A stretch of DNA of 64,000 nt from Lama glama (lineage: Eukaryota): positions 5,644,001 to 5,708,000 of the forward strand of contig CM052817.1 of the NCBI GenBank assembly GCA_028534125.1. Direction: 5' to 3'. How positions within the stretch are numbered: the first letter of the stretch is position 1; each line of letters opens with the position of its first letter. The notes under the pieces are model-generated. The model searched no databases and was not told where the DNA came from. It saw only the letters and a program-made list of their open reading frames with translations. This document shows positions 50,130 through 61,631 of the stretch, piece after piece. The position numbers and the translations under genes were made by a program.

Positions 50130-50590
50130 TGTATCAGCTATCTATTGCTGTTTGACAAACCATGCCAAAACTGGCAGTTTAAAGCAACAGTAATTTGTTA
50201 TTTCTTGTGATTCTGTGCTTGGTTCGGTGATTTTCTACTGCTATTTTCTCTTGGACTCATTCATACAGCTACGTTCAGCCTGGGGGGGGGGTCACTGGAT
50301 CTGGGCTTAGCCGGGACAGTGGGGACAGCTGGGCCTCTCTCTTTATATGGTCTTTCATCCTCAGGAAGGCTAGACTGGGCTTCCACACACGATGGCATTA
50401 GCACTCTAAGAGGGAAAGCCCTGGAGCACAAGTGCTTATCAAGTCTCTGTTTTGTGTCACATTTTTGGATGTCTCAGTGGCCAAAGAAAATTGCATGGCC
50501 AAATTCAGACTCAATGCAGTAGAAGATTACATAAGAGCATGCATACCAGGAAGTATTCATCGGAGCTGTTAATGAAACATCCACTATAGG
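50130..50590 (-). mobile_element. MLT1G/H-like LTR
   Basis: tgtatcagctatctattgctgtttgacaaaccatgccaaaact..gtttaaagcaaca...gggcctctctct. Confidence 0.7.
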
Positions 50591-51678
50591 TCAGTAGGCA
50601 TCAGGTTGTCACAGTGGGGGAAATCAACATATAGGTATGGTACACAAGGGTAGGAACACATATCAGAGTCATCGTTCCCAGGACAAGGAGTGGGGGCCAC
50701 ATTTCTGAGGGCCTGTAATGCTGTGATAGGAACACTAAATTTGGCTGGATTTGGAGCTGGAAGAACAGGGTTTGGATCAAATGAAGTGAGTCCAATAATA
50801 TTTACCTCACAAGTTATCTCTAGCATCATAAGCAATAATGTGAAAGTATTTTGCAAACTTGAAAAGAAGAGAAATTAATATTGGTAGGCAGGAAACCAAG
50901 GTCAGCACCACAGACAGCTCCAAGACGACCGCAAAGCTGCTGTAACTAGATAGCATGAATATGAATCCGCGTTCCTTGAACCCGGAGGCACCTGTGCCCT
51001 AGAGAAACGACTTGCTGAGTGTCTAAATAATTGGTTTTGCTTCATATATTCTCATCTGCCTTGGGCTCTTTCCTGTCACGACCCGTATGAATTGAGTTTA
51101 GGTTTAGTCATGAGGAAGAGAAAACCCAAAATAAGAGTAGCTTTGACTCTCGCAAGAAAAGAATATTGCTAGGCAGCTCAGGGCTGTTATAGCAGCTCTG
51201 CTTCATGAAGTCCAGACCTGGGCTCCTTACTGATCACTTCCCTGTATCTTCAAGGTGTGACCTTCAACATTATGGTCTAAGGTGGGTGGCCAGGTCTCCT
51301 TTATGGCTGCATCTATACTTTTTATTTGCTACTCCTTCTAATAAAGACAGTCTTTCTGGTGCCTACTGTGCACCAAAAATAGACTAAATGGTGTTATAAA
51401 TGTGAGCTTAAAAGTCAGGAATCTTGAAATTTTGAGAAGAGGGAGACAGAAGTTCTTCAAAACATCTGTGAGGAGAGCAGTCAAGATGCACAATCTAAGT
51501 AATGGCCAGTCTGGGTCTGGGATGGTGTTTGAATCATGTAAAGTAAGTCCAGTAATATCTACTCCAAAATGGAAGATGAATATAAAGGCTTTTTAATATT
51601 TTCTTCTCAGATCCCAAAGGATCATCCTGTGCTCTGCTTATTCATATCTCATTGTAGAGACAACTACTCTCAGTGATC

Positions 51679-52221
51679 TGTATTAGATTCCTATTGCTGC
51701 TGTAAAAACTTACTGCAAAATCAGTGCCTTTAAACAACACAAATTTATTATCTTGCTGTTCTGGAGGTCAGAAATCATAAAATCATTATGTTGGCAGGGA
51801 CACATTCCTTTGAGTCCATAGGAGAGAATCAGTTTCCTTTCCTTTACTAACTTCTGGAGGCATCTGGACCCCTTCCTCCATCTTCAAGGCCAATCATGTA
51901 GCATTTTCAAGTCTCTTGCTCTCTCTCTTTTCTCTCTCTCTCTTTCTCCCTGTCTCCCTCCACTCTCTGCTTTCACCATCACATCTCTTTTCTCACTCTG
52001 ACCCTCCTGCCTCCCTTTTATAAGGACCTTTGTTATCACATTGGATTTGCCTGGACAATCTGTGTTAATCTCCCCATCTCAGCCCCCTTAACTCAATCAC
52101 ACCACAAGCAATAATGTGAAAGCATATGCCGGCGGTCTCTTTTGCCTGTAAGGTAACATATTCACAGGTTCTGAGGATTAGACCCTGGGTGTCTTTAGGG
52201 GTTATTTTTCTGCCTATTACG
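51679..52221 (-). mobile_element. MLT1C/D-like solo LTR
   Basis: tgtattagattcctattgctgctgtaa...aaacaacacaaatttattatct..ttctggaggtcagaa...aaggtaacatattcacaggttctgaggattag. Confidence 0.88.
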
Positions 52222-53166
52222 CTACCCATTCATTCATTTATTCATTCAACCTCTATTCATTGTGCACTTGCTGTGTGCCAGATACTATGTTAGATGCAAA
52301 CAGTGTAGAGTCAAACAGACAGGGCCCCTTCTCTCCTGGAGCAGTTCGAATATGTTTGAAATACAGACACAAACATATTCACACACATAGTCGCTTCAGT
52401 ACAAGTACCCTTGTGCCTGTGAACATTAAGGATAGATGCCCACCCTGTGACCTCTTTCTAAATGAGCGAACCCTCATTGTAAGGAAAATATCCCTAATGC
52501 TTAGTGCAAATATCTTGACCTCAGTCTCACTAGTCAATAAAAAGCAGGGAGATTTTTCGTTCCACTAAGTCCTGTGCTTCTTGATAATTTCAGCTCCCTA
52601 ATCTCTCAAGGGCCCATGGGTGACTCTAGCCAGGCTGTAAGAGCAGAGTCAGTCCCTGCTGCGGAGAACCAAGCCTGGCCAATCACTGGCTTTGACTCGC
52701 CTTCCTTGCTTGCTGGTGATTGGCAGGTGGACTGACCAGTGAATACCTGGCTGCAGACTTTCTTTGGGTGGCAGCCTTCCAGTGCTGTGTTACTTATGAA
52801 GTTTCCCAAGCTTTAGGGCCAGTTGGAGTTGAGAATTATAGGTTCACTTGCCACCTCATAAACCAGAGGCCCAGCACCTTGCATTCCCCTTCCCGTCTGC
52901 ACTCCAGAGAAGGAAGCTGGACTATGAATGGCTCTAGCTGTACTGAGAAGGTATCCTTTGCAGGACTTTCATGTCCACCTGACACTGTATGTGGGGCCAG
53001 TCATTATCTTTTTCTTCCTGAGTCTCTTAAACAGGAAATTCTTTCACCCACTCCTTCCCAAAGGGAGGAGAACTGGTTTTCTTGGACTGAGGAGATGAGG
53101 AATCTGACAGTCACTGGTTCAACTTTTCTAATTGAATTAAACATATGGGTTTAAAGCTGTGAGTCT

Positions 53167-53550
53167 CGTTAAAGGAAAATTGTGCCAGATGGAGTTAAGC
53201 AGACAAGGAAAACATTATTTAAGACTATTGCAGTAGCGGTTAAGACTATTGAATAGAGGCGAGAGATTGAGCTCAGCTTGAATGAAATAGGGGCAGCTGG
53301 GGATTTACAGCCAGTGGGCAGGGTGAGGGAGTCAGTAGATGGAAATTTCTTAGAGCAGGGGAGACAGGAGCTTGATTGGGTATCAAGGGTAGAGGAAGAG
53401 GACCTTGATTAGATGTCAAAGTTTGGGGGTATTCTCACTAAACTGGCTTAGCAGGATTGTTGCTAAAAGCGGGGTCAGCAGGCCAAGGACAAGGTCTAGT
53501 CCGGAAGAGAGCTCAGAGGAGGAAGTTTGGCTGAGGAGGAATCCTTATCA
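53167..53550 (-). mobile_element. ERV1-class solo LTR (MER31/MER67-like)
   Basis: Reverse complement begins tgataaggattcctcct..ccaaactt..ctcctctgagctctcttccggactagacctt and contains cccttgatacccaatcaag and gcaatagtctt. Confidence 0.7.
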
Positions 53551-53739
53551 GCGTCACTATGTTCTCTGTCTCGGGAATTGACCTGCCCCATGCCCTACAC
53601 ACTCTCAGTCCCTCAGGTGTGAACACCCTGGCCCCGTAAGTATGCTTGAGAGAGGATATGTGAGTGTGTGTCGGGTGGAGGGTGGTGAGAAGCCTGTAGG
53701 GCTTGGTGCACAGGTACAACTAGGGACTCGCTATTAGGA

Positions 53740-55330
53740 AACGTGCCTTAGACGTTTTCTCCAGTAGAGCCACAGTCGGTGACAGAGATGGTATTTTGAT
53801 GGCCATTCCAGAATGATTGTTCCTGTTTTTTCATTCCCACTGGTGATGTGTGGGAGTTTTGACTTGCCAATACTTGATGTTCATTTTTTCACTCTTTCCT
53901 CTCTGTTGTTTGGATTGAGTAACTTCTATTGATCTTTCTGTAAGTTCTCTGTTCCTTCCCTCTGTCATCTCAACCCTGATGCTCATGTAAAGTTGATTTT
54001 AAATTTGTTATTGCATTATTCAGTTCTGAATTTTCAATTTTAGATACCGTTTTGATTTTTTCTGCTGAGAACTATCTTCCCATTCATTTCAAGAGTGTTT
54101 TCCCTTACCTCACAGAGCATGACTCTGACAGTTACTTTAAAGGAGCTGTAACCTCTAGATCATTTTGAGGTTGGCATCTGTTGACTTATTTCCCTGAGAG
54201 TTGTTGAGGTTTTCCTAGTTCTTCATATATCAAGTAATTCTGAATTATATCTTGGATATTTTGAATATGCTATGAGGCTGTGCGTCCTATTAAAGCTTTC
54301 TGGACAGTTTTTTTTTTTTAAAGCAGGAATCAAGCTAGTTATGTGCATCCTGCAAATACTGATCTACATTCTGAGGACAGTCTCCAATTTCAGTTTAATT
54401 TCAAAGGCTTTGCGGTGTTGTTTGGATCCACCCTGTGTGTGCACAACCCAGGGGCTATCTGAACCCAGGTGGTGATCCATCTTGGAGTTCAATTCTCAAA
54501 GTTTTTCTATATTGCTTCCTGTTTTGGAGCTGATCAGGAGTCTGTTTCCTGATATGGAGTTCAGGGGTGAGCCCAGGACTTCACACATAGATTCAGGGCA
54601 CCCCTTTCTTCAGCTGGCTCTTCACTATGATTTCCCTTGCAATCTCCAGTTTCCAGTTGTCACTTCTGGTATTCCAGCTAGAAATGCAATGATTTAGCTT
54701 CCTCATTGTGTTAAACCTTCACAACCGGGTTTGCATCTGGGGCAAAACATTGATTAAAAAAACAGAAAGAAAATATAACAGGCATCCCCCACAATCTTCA
54801 GCTCACAGAGGCCCATTTTACCAGCTCATCTTATCAGAGAGAAAAGTATTTCTTAGATTTTTGGTGTCTATGTGGCTACCATTTTCTGCCAACTTCCTAG
54901 GAGTTCAGCTTCACGGCTGGGGCTTGTCTCAGTGCAAAAACAGGGCGGGTGTGTGTGTGTGTGTGTGTGTTACTCTTTTAAAGGCAACTCTTTCACACTG
55001 CATTCTTCTCCCCACATGGTCACCACTTCTGTCCCTCTGGCCAGATTGGGAGGGTGTCCTTGGAGCTTTTCCTGTCGGTGCTCACTGGGCAGTTCTGGGA
55101 ATTGTCTGTCCTGGAGTCTATGCCAGGATATATGAGATGAGAAACTGCAAAAATCTCATGGCCATATTGGTTATCCTTCAAGTTTTGATTCCTCTCATCA
55201 GTTTGCTGCTGTGGTTTATTTTCAGAGCTCTTGTATGTTTGTATTTTGCACCCTGTTCGGGGTTGTTAGTTATAATCAGTGGCAGAAGTAGGGAGGAGTG
55301 TGATTGTTTCATCTTAACCAGGACCAGAAG
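53740..55330 (-). mobile_element. Ancient L1/HAL1-like fragments with (TG)n at 54949-54969
   Basis: T-rich degenerate LINE antisense sequence (ctattgatctttct..aagttctctg, atcttggatattttgaatat, ttcatcttaaccaggaccagaag). Confidence 0.55.
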
Positions 55331-56867
55331 CTGGATGAGTTCCTTTTCTTTCTGTGAACTTGAAAAGAGAAAATGTCAATCTCCACGTCTTGGAGATGAA
55401 AGAAGAGGTAAATAGTAAGACTAGGGCCTCACCCCTAAGACCTCAACAAGAATTAGGGCAGGTGGTTTGTTAACTGGAGTAGATTTCTTCAGGGTCCATG
55501 AAGGATGCAGGGTGCTGTAAACGGTTGGCACCTTGGAGCAAAATGCTAGAGCTTGTGTCTCTGGGCTCTTGGAAATATCTGTCTCTCTGACTCACCACTC
55601 CCCATTATCCTCCAGTATCTGAAATGCAGAACAGCTCTGCACACGAGGAGTTCAGTGGATACTAGATTATGAGTAAAAGGCTTTGAAATTGATGTGATGC
55701 ATTTGATTTAACATAAAGAGGAAAACACAGAAGAGACAAGATAGTTATAAATTGTGTTTTATGTATTCTGTGATTACAGCAGGATAAACGATAGAACAGA
55801 GAAGGACAGAGATGTATAAAAATTAAAACGACAGTGCTGGAGAGAATGAAGCATGTGAGATTATGGGCGTCATTGTTCTATTTCAGAAATTTACTTAATG
55901 TTGTTCTACTAATTTTTCAAATATCATAACATGTAAGAATGATTCCTGGCCTGTTGCCTGCTGGTCTTGTTGTTTCCCATTCCATTTCTGTCATTATTTG
56001 GGGAAGGCTTTCCTGATACCCATCTCTCAGCCCAACCCCAGATGAGCAGATCACTGTGTGCTCCTCCTCCAAGTGCCGATGACACTTTACTGTTACTGTG
56101 TCCATCATTTTCAGCCTCCTGTGGAGACATGAGCTAATGCAGGCAAGGCTAATGCAGGCAAGTGTATCCTCAGTACCTAGCTGGTGCCTGTTCCATGACA
56201 GTTACCCAATAAATACGTAGTAACTAAATACTCAAGTCTACAAATGAAAGGAAGCACCCAAAGCTAATATTTCTTTTTATGCTTTATTTGGCTTTTTTTT
56301 TTTTGGTCTCAGGTACTTTTTGTACCCTCATATCATTTTCTTTCCATATTGGCAACACGATCCAAAATTTTCAGCCAAACCACAGCTGGATGGTATGGTG
56401 CATTGAGTTGGCAATCAACCGAAGGAGAGGTCCGGTGATGAAAGAATATTCTGTAGAAAAGGAAAATCAGAACTCCAGCTTTGGCTAAGGCTGTCTTTAT
56501 CAAGCATGTTCAGAAAGACTGAAGGGGTTATGGCTGATATGGGGTTCCAGTGCTGCTGCTAGGTCCAGAGCCTTTCTTCTCTGGCCCCACTCCTGCTACT
56601 GTGACATACTCATTTCAAAGTGCACTATCATTTACTGATGAGCACTTTGAATTTGTTTCACACTCGAGGCAAATGCAGGCAAACACCCAAAGCACAAGGC
56701 ATGCAGTATAATAGCAGGCTGCAAGTGTTTCCACCCAAACAATGCTAGCATATAAGAGTTGGAAGAACTTCTTTCCAAATTGACACTTAAAATTTTTTTA
56801 ACAACAGTCAAAACAAGTAATCACCCAATGTTTGGTTGTGACTTTGAGTAGTGGTGAACTCACTATC

Positions 56868-57313
56868 TGTGATAGTTAATTTCATGTGTTAAGAATTATT
56901 GGTCATGGGTGCCCAGATATTTGTTTAAATGTTATTTCTGGATGAGATTAGCATCTGAACTGGGAGGCTGTAAAGCAGATTGCCCTCCTCATGTGGATGG
57001 GCATCATTCAGTCTGCTGAAGGCCTGAATGGAACAAAAGGACAGAAGAGGTGAGAATTCACTCAACCTGACTGATTAAGTTGAGACATAGGTCTTCTTCT
57101 GCCCTCAGACTGAAACTAACACCATTGTTATTCCTGGTTCACAGCTCTTCGCACTTGGGCTGGAATTAAAACACCAGCTTTCTTGGGTCTCTATCTTGAG
57201 AGAAAAGTTTGTGGGGTTTCTCAGCCTCCATAAGCATGTGAGCCAATTCCTCATAATAAATCTCTATATTTTTACCATTGGTTCTGCTCCTCCAGGGAAC
57301 CCTGATGAGCATA
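56868..57313 (+). mobile_element. MLT2-type 5' LTR of an ERVL provirus
   Basis: tgtgatagttaatttcatgtg...gtaaagcagattgccctcc...cagcctccataagcatgtgagccaattcctcataataaatctct...ttggttctg..gaaccctga. Confidence 0.88.
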
Positions 57314-60143
57314 GATTTTGAGTGGTTCTAGAGAAACAGCATTTTAAGGATGAGTTTTCTGAATTGGTTCTGGGGTTTCTGGAATTGGCTGTCTAATTTG
57401 ATTAGATTTAAAGATGCTGAAGACTCTATCTCCAGTAGTAAAGAGAGCACTGGTCATCCATGGCATGATCTGGATTCTCCTGGTCAACCACTTATAAGTA
57501 GCAAAGAGTTGGTGACTGTGTATATACCTTTGAACATTTTTAAAAAACCAGTATGATGAGATTGGCTGGCATGAAAGCAAAGGATGAGTTTAGGGACTTG
57601 AATTCCCAGCTCTAGCACTACATAAATGACCTAAAACCTTCTGTGTGTGCCCTGGTTTTTCAGTAGCATATTTAGTCTCCATGCAATCTTTTTTTTTTTT
57701 TTTTGGTCTCATTTCTCTTCATGTGGTTGATTTCTAGTTTCATGTCATTGTGGTCATAAAAAGATGCCTGAAATAATTTCTATCCTCTTAAATTTGTTGA
57801 GGCTTCTTTTGTGTCCAAGTATGTGGTCTATCTTAGAGAATGTTCCATGTGCCCTTGAACAGAATGTATACTCTGTTTTTTTTTTTTGATGTAATGTATG
57901 TGTGCCTTGAAAGAAACCTTTATCTCCTATAGTTGGTAGACTGAGACTGTTGAAAATAAAACACAGAATCTCATCCTGTGACCAGCTGGATTATAATGCA
58001 CGTTGAACTCCAAACCTCACTGTTAAATAAAGGCAATGATTGTGATCCTGTAAGTTGGGATGGGGAACGCATGGGCCCTTGATAAATCTGGGGCCATCAA
58101 ACCCCTAAATTCTGAGTCTTCTGTGTCTGTGGAAGAGTCGCCTTACCCCCAGCAGAATTGACCTTCCTACCTCAAGTAGAAGTGGCCTCCCCACCCCTAA
58201 TGGTAACAGCCTCTCCATCTACAGTGGTATTGGCCTTTGCATTTCTGTCTGAGGAAATTAACCCTGCACTGCCTGAGAAACTGTAACAGCCTCTCCTGAG
58301 CAAGACAATGCTGCTTCTCCTCAGGACCCACCCCTACCACTCCTCTTCTAGATTCGAGTCCCTGCAGGCCCCTTAAAGAGAGCTACAAGTGTTGCTCATG
58401 CAGGTGTGCTATGCTCTAAAGAACAGCTTGCATTTTCTAATTTATGCAGACACAAGTGTGGGGACCATGTGTGGGAATGGATATTAAGGCTGTGGGATAA
58501 ATGTGGAAGGACCATAAAGTTGGATCAGGCTGAACTAACTGATGTGGGTTCACTAAGCAGAGATCCTGCACTTAATGTTGTGGCTCAGGTAGTTAGAAAG
58601 GGCTCTAACAGTTAATCTGGTTGGTTGGCTAAAACATGGACATGAAAAAGGTGGCCCATGGTGGGAAAAAGAGAAATGCTGGCCTTTCTTTAATTTAATG
58701 TATATGAAGGGATTCAAAGCTTAGGGACACTGGCGTGTTGGAGTGGGTTTTCTATTTGAGACCTGCTCTCCCACACTGGGAGGGTCTAGAAGATAGATCT
58801 TGACTAATACTTTGAAAAATAAACTTGGGGAGGGGGCCCTAGTGTGTTTGAGGAGCTCAATGATTGTTCTCTGTAGACAAGACCCTACAGTGGAAACTGC
58901 AATCACTGAATTGGGAAACCTAAATGCAAAGGAAATAATTGGATCCTAGGGTGTCAGGGGCCAAGTGGTAGCACTCAGTTGCCAAAGTCGAGGTGGGCTG
59001 GGTTACCATGATGGGCAACAGAGGCAAAGCAACAATCAGAATAGTCTGACTAGCACAGACATTTGGGCAATGGCTAGCTGATCACAGTGTTTATACACAT
59101 GAAATACATAGGAAGCCTGGAAAATTCTTACTTGATCTGTGTAAGCAGAAAAGTTCTAGGCCAAATGAACAAAAGTCTGACTTGAATGATAAAAATGGTC
59201 ACAGCACCTTACTGAAGTCCCAGAATTCCTCGAATGAAGGGGAGGCTGGTTCCCCTTGAGGAAGAACTCTGAGACCCTAATCAAAATTTATCCTGTTAAT
59301 CTTTCTTCTAGCCTTCCCCAAAGTGACCTACAACCTTTACAAAGGTGATTGTGCATTGGGAAAGAGAACAATCAGAGTTTGGGAATTACTGCATGGGCTC
59401 CAAACTGATCCTAATTTGAAAAGACCCAAAACATCACTGTGGTCCACCAGTCAGAGCAGGAGCTTATGGACCTCAGGAGATCAATGGAGTTTTAGCTCAG
59501 ATCCATCTCACAAATGGGCCTGGTGGATCTCCTAACCCATCCTGTGATTATTTTCCAAGCTCTGAGTGCACAATTGGGATGGGTTAAAAACCAACAGAAT
59601 CCCCAAATTGATTCCATAACCTGTGAAATGAAGACGATTGTTGTGGGAAGAGGAAGCCATTAGAACTGCCTCTACCTGGGGAAACAGTAAACCAAAAGCA
59701 ATACCAAATTCCTGGAGGATTACCAAATTCCTGCAGAGATTAATGCCACCAAGAAAGACTTGAAAGGTGCAGGGATGGTGATTCCCACCACATCCCCATT
59801 CAAGCTCCTTATCTGGTCTGTGCAGAAGACAGACGGATCTTGGAGAATAACGGTGGATTATTGGGTGACTCCAATTGCAGCTGCTGTACCAGATGTGGTT
59901 TCATTGCTTGAGCAGTTGAACACATCCCCTGGTACCTTGTATGCAGTTACTGATCTGGAAAACGCTGTTGATCGATACCTGTCAGTAAGGACCACCAGAA
60001 GCAGTTTGCTTTCCGCGGGCAAGGCCATCAATACAACTTCATTATCTTTTCTCAGGGGTTTATTATTTCTCCAGCCCTGGGTCATAATTCAGTTCACAGG
60101 GATCGTGGGTGTCTTTCCCTTCCACGAGACACCCTACTGGTCC
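57314..60143 (+). mobile_element. Degraded ERVL internal region (gag and RT remnants), 3'-truncated
   Basis: gag remnant HVWEWILRLWDKCGRTIKLDQAE...SLSRDPALNV (58406-58615) and RT remnant [54 protein letters not shown] (59760-59970). Many stops and frameshifts. Confidence 0.92.
57655..57898 (-). mobile_element. Internal L1 ORF2 (endonuclease-region) fragment inserted in the ERVL
   Basis: ttgatttctagttt..attgtggtca...aatttgttgaggctt...gagaatgttccatgtgcccttgaa is antisense L1 ORF2. Flanked by tgtgtgcc(c/t)tg at 57644 and 57899. Confidence 0.8.
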
Positions 60144-60398
60144 CTTAGGGCAGAGCTGGGACTAGAACCTCAGTCTGTGATTCCCAGTCCATTGAGTCCT
60201 CTGTCAGACCAGACGGCTGTCTTCTGAGAAAGCATTCAAATGCTATTCCCCCAATTTCATTTTGAAACCATGGGCTAAGTCATGAAGAAGGCAGGCCACG
60301 GATCTCTACAGAAGAATGTGGGGTCCATTGAAACATAGGGTGATTCTTTCTAGCTGTGAATAAATCCCCAATGGTTGTGATGTTAGATTAGCAAAGGT

Positions 60399-60404
60399 TT
60401 ACTT
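60399..60404 (-). terminator. Candidate variant poly(A) signal AGTAAA for SLC2A9
   Basis: AGTAAA on the - strand ~70 nt after the stop, in an AT-rich context (aaatatttaaaagtaaaacc). The next canonical AATAAA I see on the - strand is at 60064-60059, inside the ERVL. Confidence 0.35.
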
Positions 60405-60471
60405 TTAAATATTTGATAATGTTGAACTTGCAGAGGGATCTCTGGCTTCCTAAAACGGTGGGAGTATCCAT

Positions 60472-60725
60472 TCAGACAGGCCTGCTTTGGACACAATTCT
60501 CCAGCGTGGAGGAGGAGTCTGGTTCAGGCTTTCTGTTCATTTTATCATCAGTTATAGCTGAATCCGTTTTCTCTTCTGGTTCGTACGCCTTGTTCCTTTT
60601 GGCAAATGCCTGGCTGATTTCTGCATGGGTTCTGTTTTTGGTCTCAGTCAGGACAAAATATAAACCAGCAGCACCTATGAAGCAGATTGCAGCAAAGACC
60701 ACGGACAGTAGGTGTGCAGACTCCT
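60472..60725 (-). CDS. SLC2A9: Last coding exon of the urate/glucose transporter GLUT9 (TM12 plus cytoplasmic tail), with an apparent -1 frameshift near 60703
   Basis: Polypyrimidine tract plus acceptor tttttgtctctgcctgtccacAG (60727-60726). The exon reads RSLHTYC and then, in a shifted frame, [49 protein letters not shown]...*, matching GLUT9 [48 protein letters not shown]. Position relative to DRD5 fits known synteny. Upstream exons are not seen in the window. Confidence 0.93.
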
Positions 60726-61466
60726 CTGTGGACAGGCAGAGACAAAAAACATGAGGAAGGCAGTTGCCAAACTGGCTGTGAATACCTCTCTGAGCAGATT
60801 TTTAAAAGTAGTTTCCTGTTCATATACCAATACTCCTGGATAAAACACAGCATGAGTGAGGCTGGCTCTACAGGCAAATGTGTTTTATAAGAGTCTACAG
60901 GAGATGTTCTCACACGAGGCACGAATAAATCAGCTTCAAACCCCGGGAGAGATGAAGAAACGGCAGGCAGTCTTTATTTATTTTGAAAACTAGGCATGTA
61001 GAAATTCACCATCACAAAAGCAAAACGTGATACTTGCTGATGTTGTCTTAAGTTCATATTTACCATTAACCACATTCTCCTTCCCCTACTCCCCAAGAGA
61101 AGCATGAGAAAAGTGTGTTGTCAAAAGGGAAGTGTAATTCCCAAGTTAGTAAGAAAAATACGGAGATGAGGTCAAGCTAACACCATCTTTTCTAATACGC
61201 AAAATGTGTAACTCACTGATGCTCTGATACAGCTTCCTACGAATAAGAGAGACTAGAAAAAGGAGAACTGTTGAATGCAATCACTCTATTTTGTGTGTCT
61301 TGATTATAGCACCCCTTGTGATTGGACTAGAATGACCCTGGTGACAGCACTTGACCTTGAGCTTCTCAGTGACTTGGTCATCTCCGCAGCTCCTGTGCCC
61401 GCACAGTGCCTGGCTCACAGTAATTGCCCAATAAATGTTTGTTAGATGAGAGGCTTTATATGTTCC

Positions 61467-61631
61467 GGGGGTGGGGGGAGGGTGTAGCTCAGTGGTAGAG
61501 CACGTGCTTAGCATGCAGGAGGTCCTGGGTTCGATCCCCAGTCCCTCCTCTAAAAATAAATAAACCTAATTATCTCCCCCCACACACAAAAATTAAATAA
61601 TACAATAATAAATAAATCAAATATTTAAAAA
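61467..61631 (+). mobile_element. tRNA-derived SINE (camelid Vic-1-like)
   Basis: ggggagggtgtagctcagtggtagagcacgtgcttagcatgcaggaggtcctgggttcgatcccc (intact A/B boxes), then aaataaataaacctaatta.ctccccc and an A-rich tail. 16-bp TSD aggctttata(t/g)gttcc at 61451 and 61632. Confidence 0.93.

Noticed and set aside
54708..55415. 235-aa hydrophobic ORF
   Set aside because: It has a GTG start, spans a (TG)n repeat and old antisense LINE sequence, and shows no family similarity.
56133..56162. 15-bp perfect tandem duplication gctaatgcaggcaag x2 (similar small ones near 59702 and 53220)
   Set aside because: Only two units with no spacers. Ordinary slippage, not a CRISPR-like or functional array.
59760..60227. 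Reverse-transcriptase-like ORF as a domesticated or novel RT system
   Set aside because: Fragmentary ERVL pol with deletions, frameshifts and no YxDD motif visible; an ordinary decayed provirus.
61475..61550. tRNA-Ala-like gene (also at 49081-49155)
   Set aside because: The acceptor stem does not pair well, and an A-rich tail and TSDs are present, so these are SINEs rather than tRNA genes.
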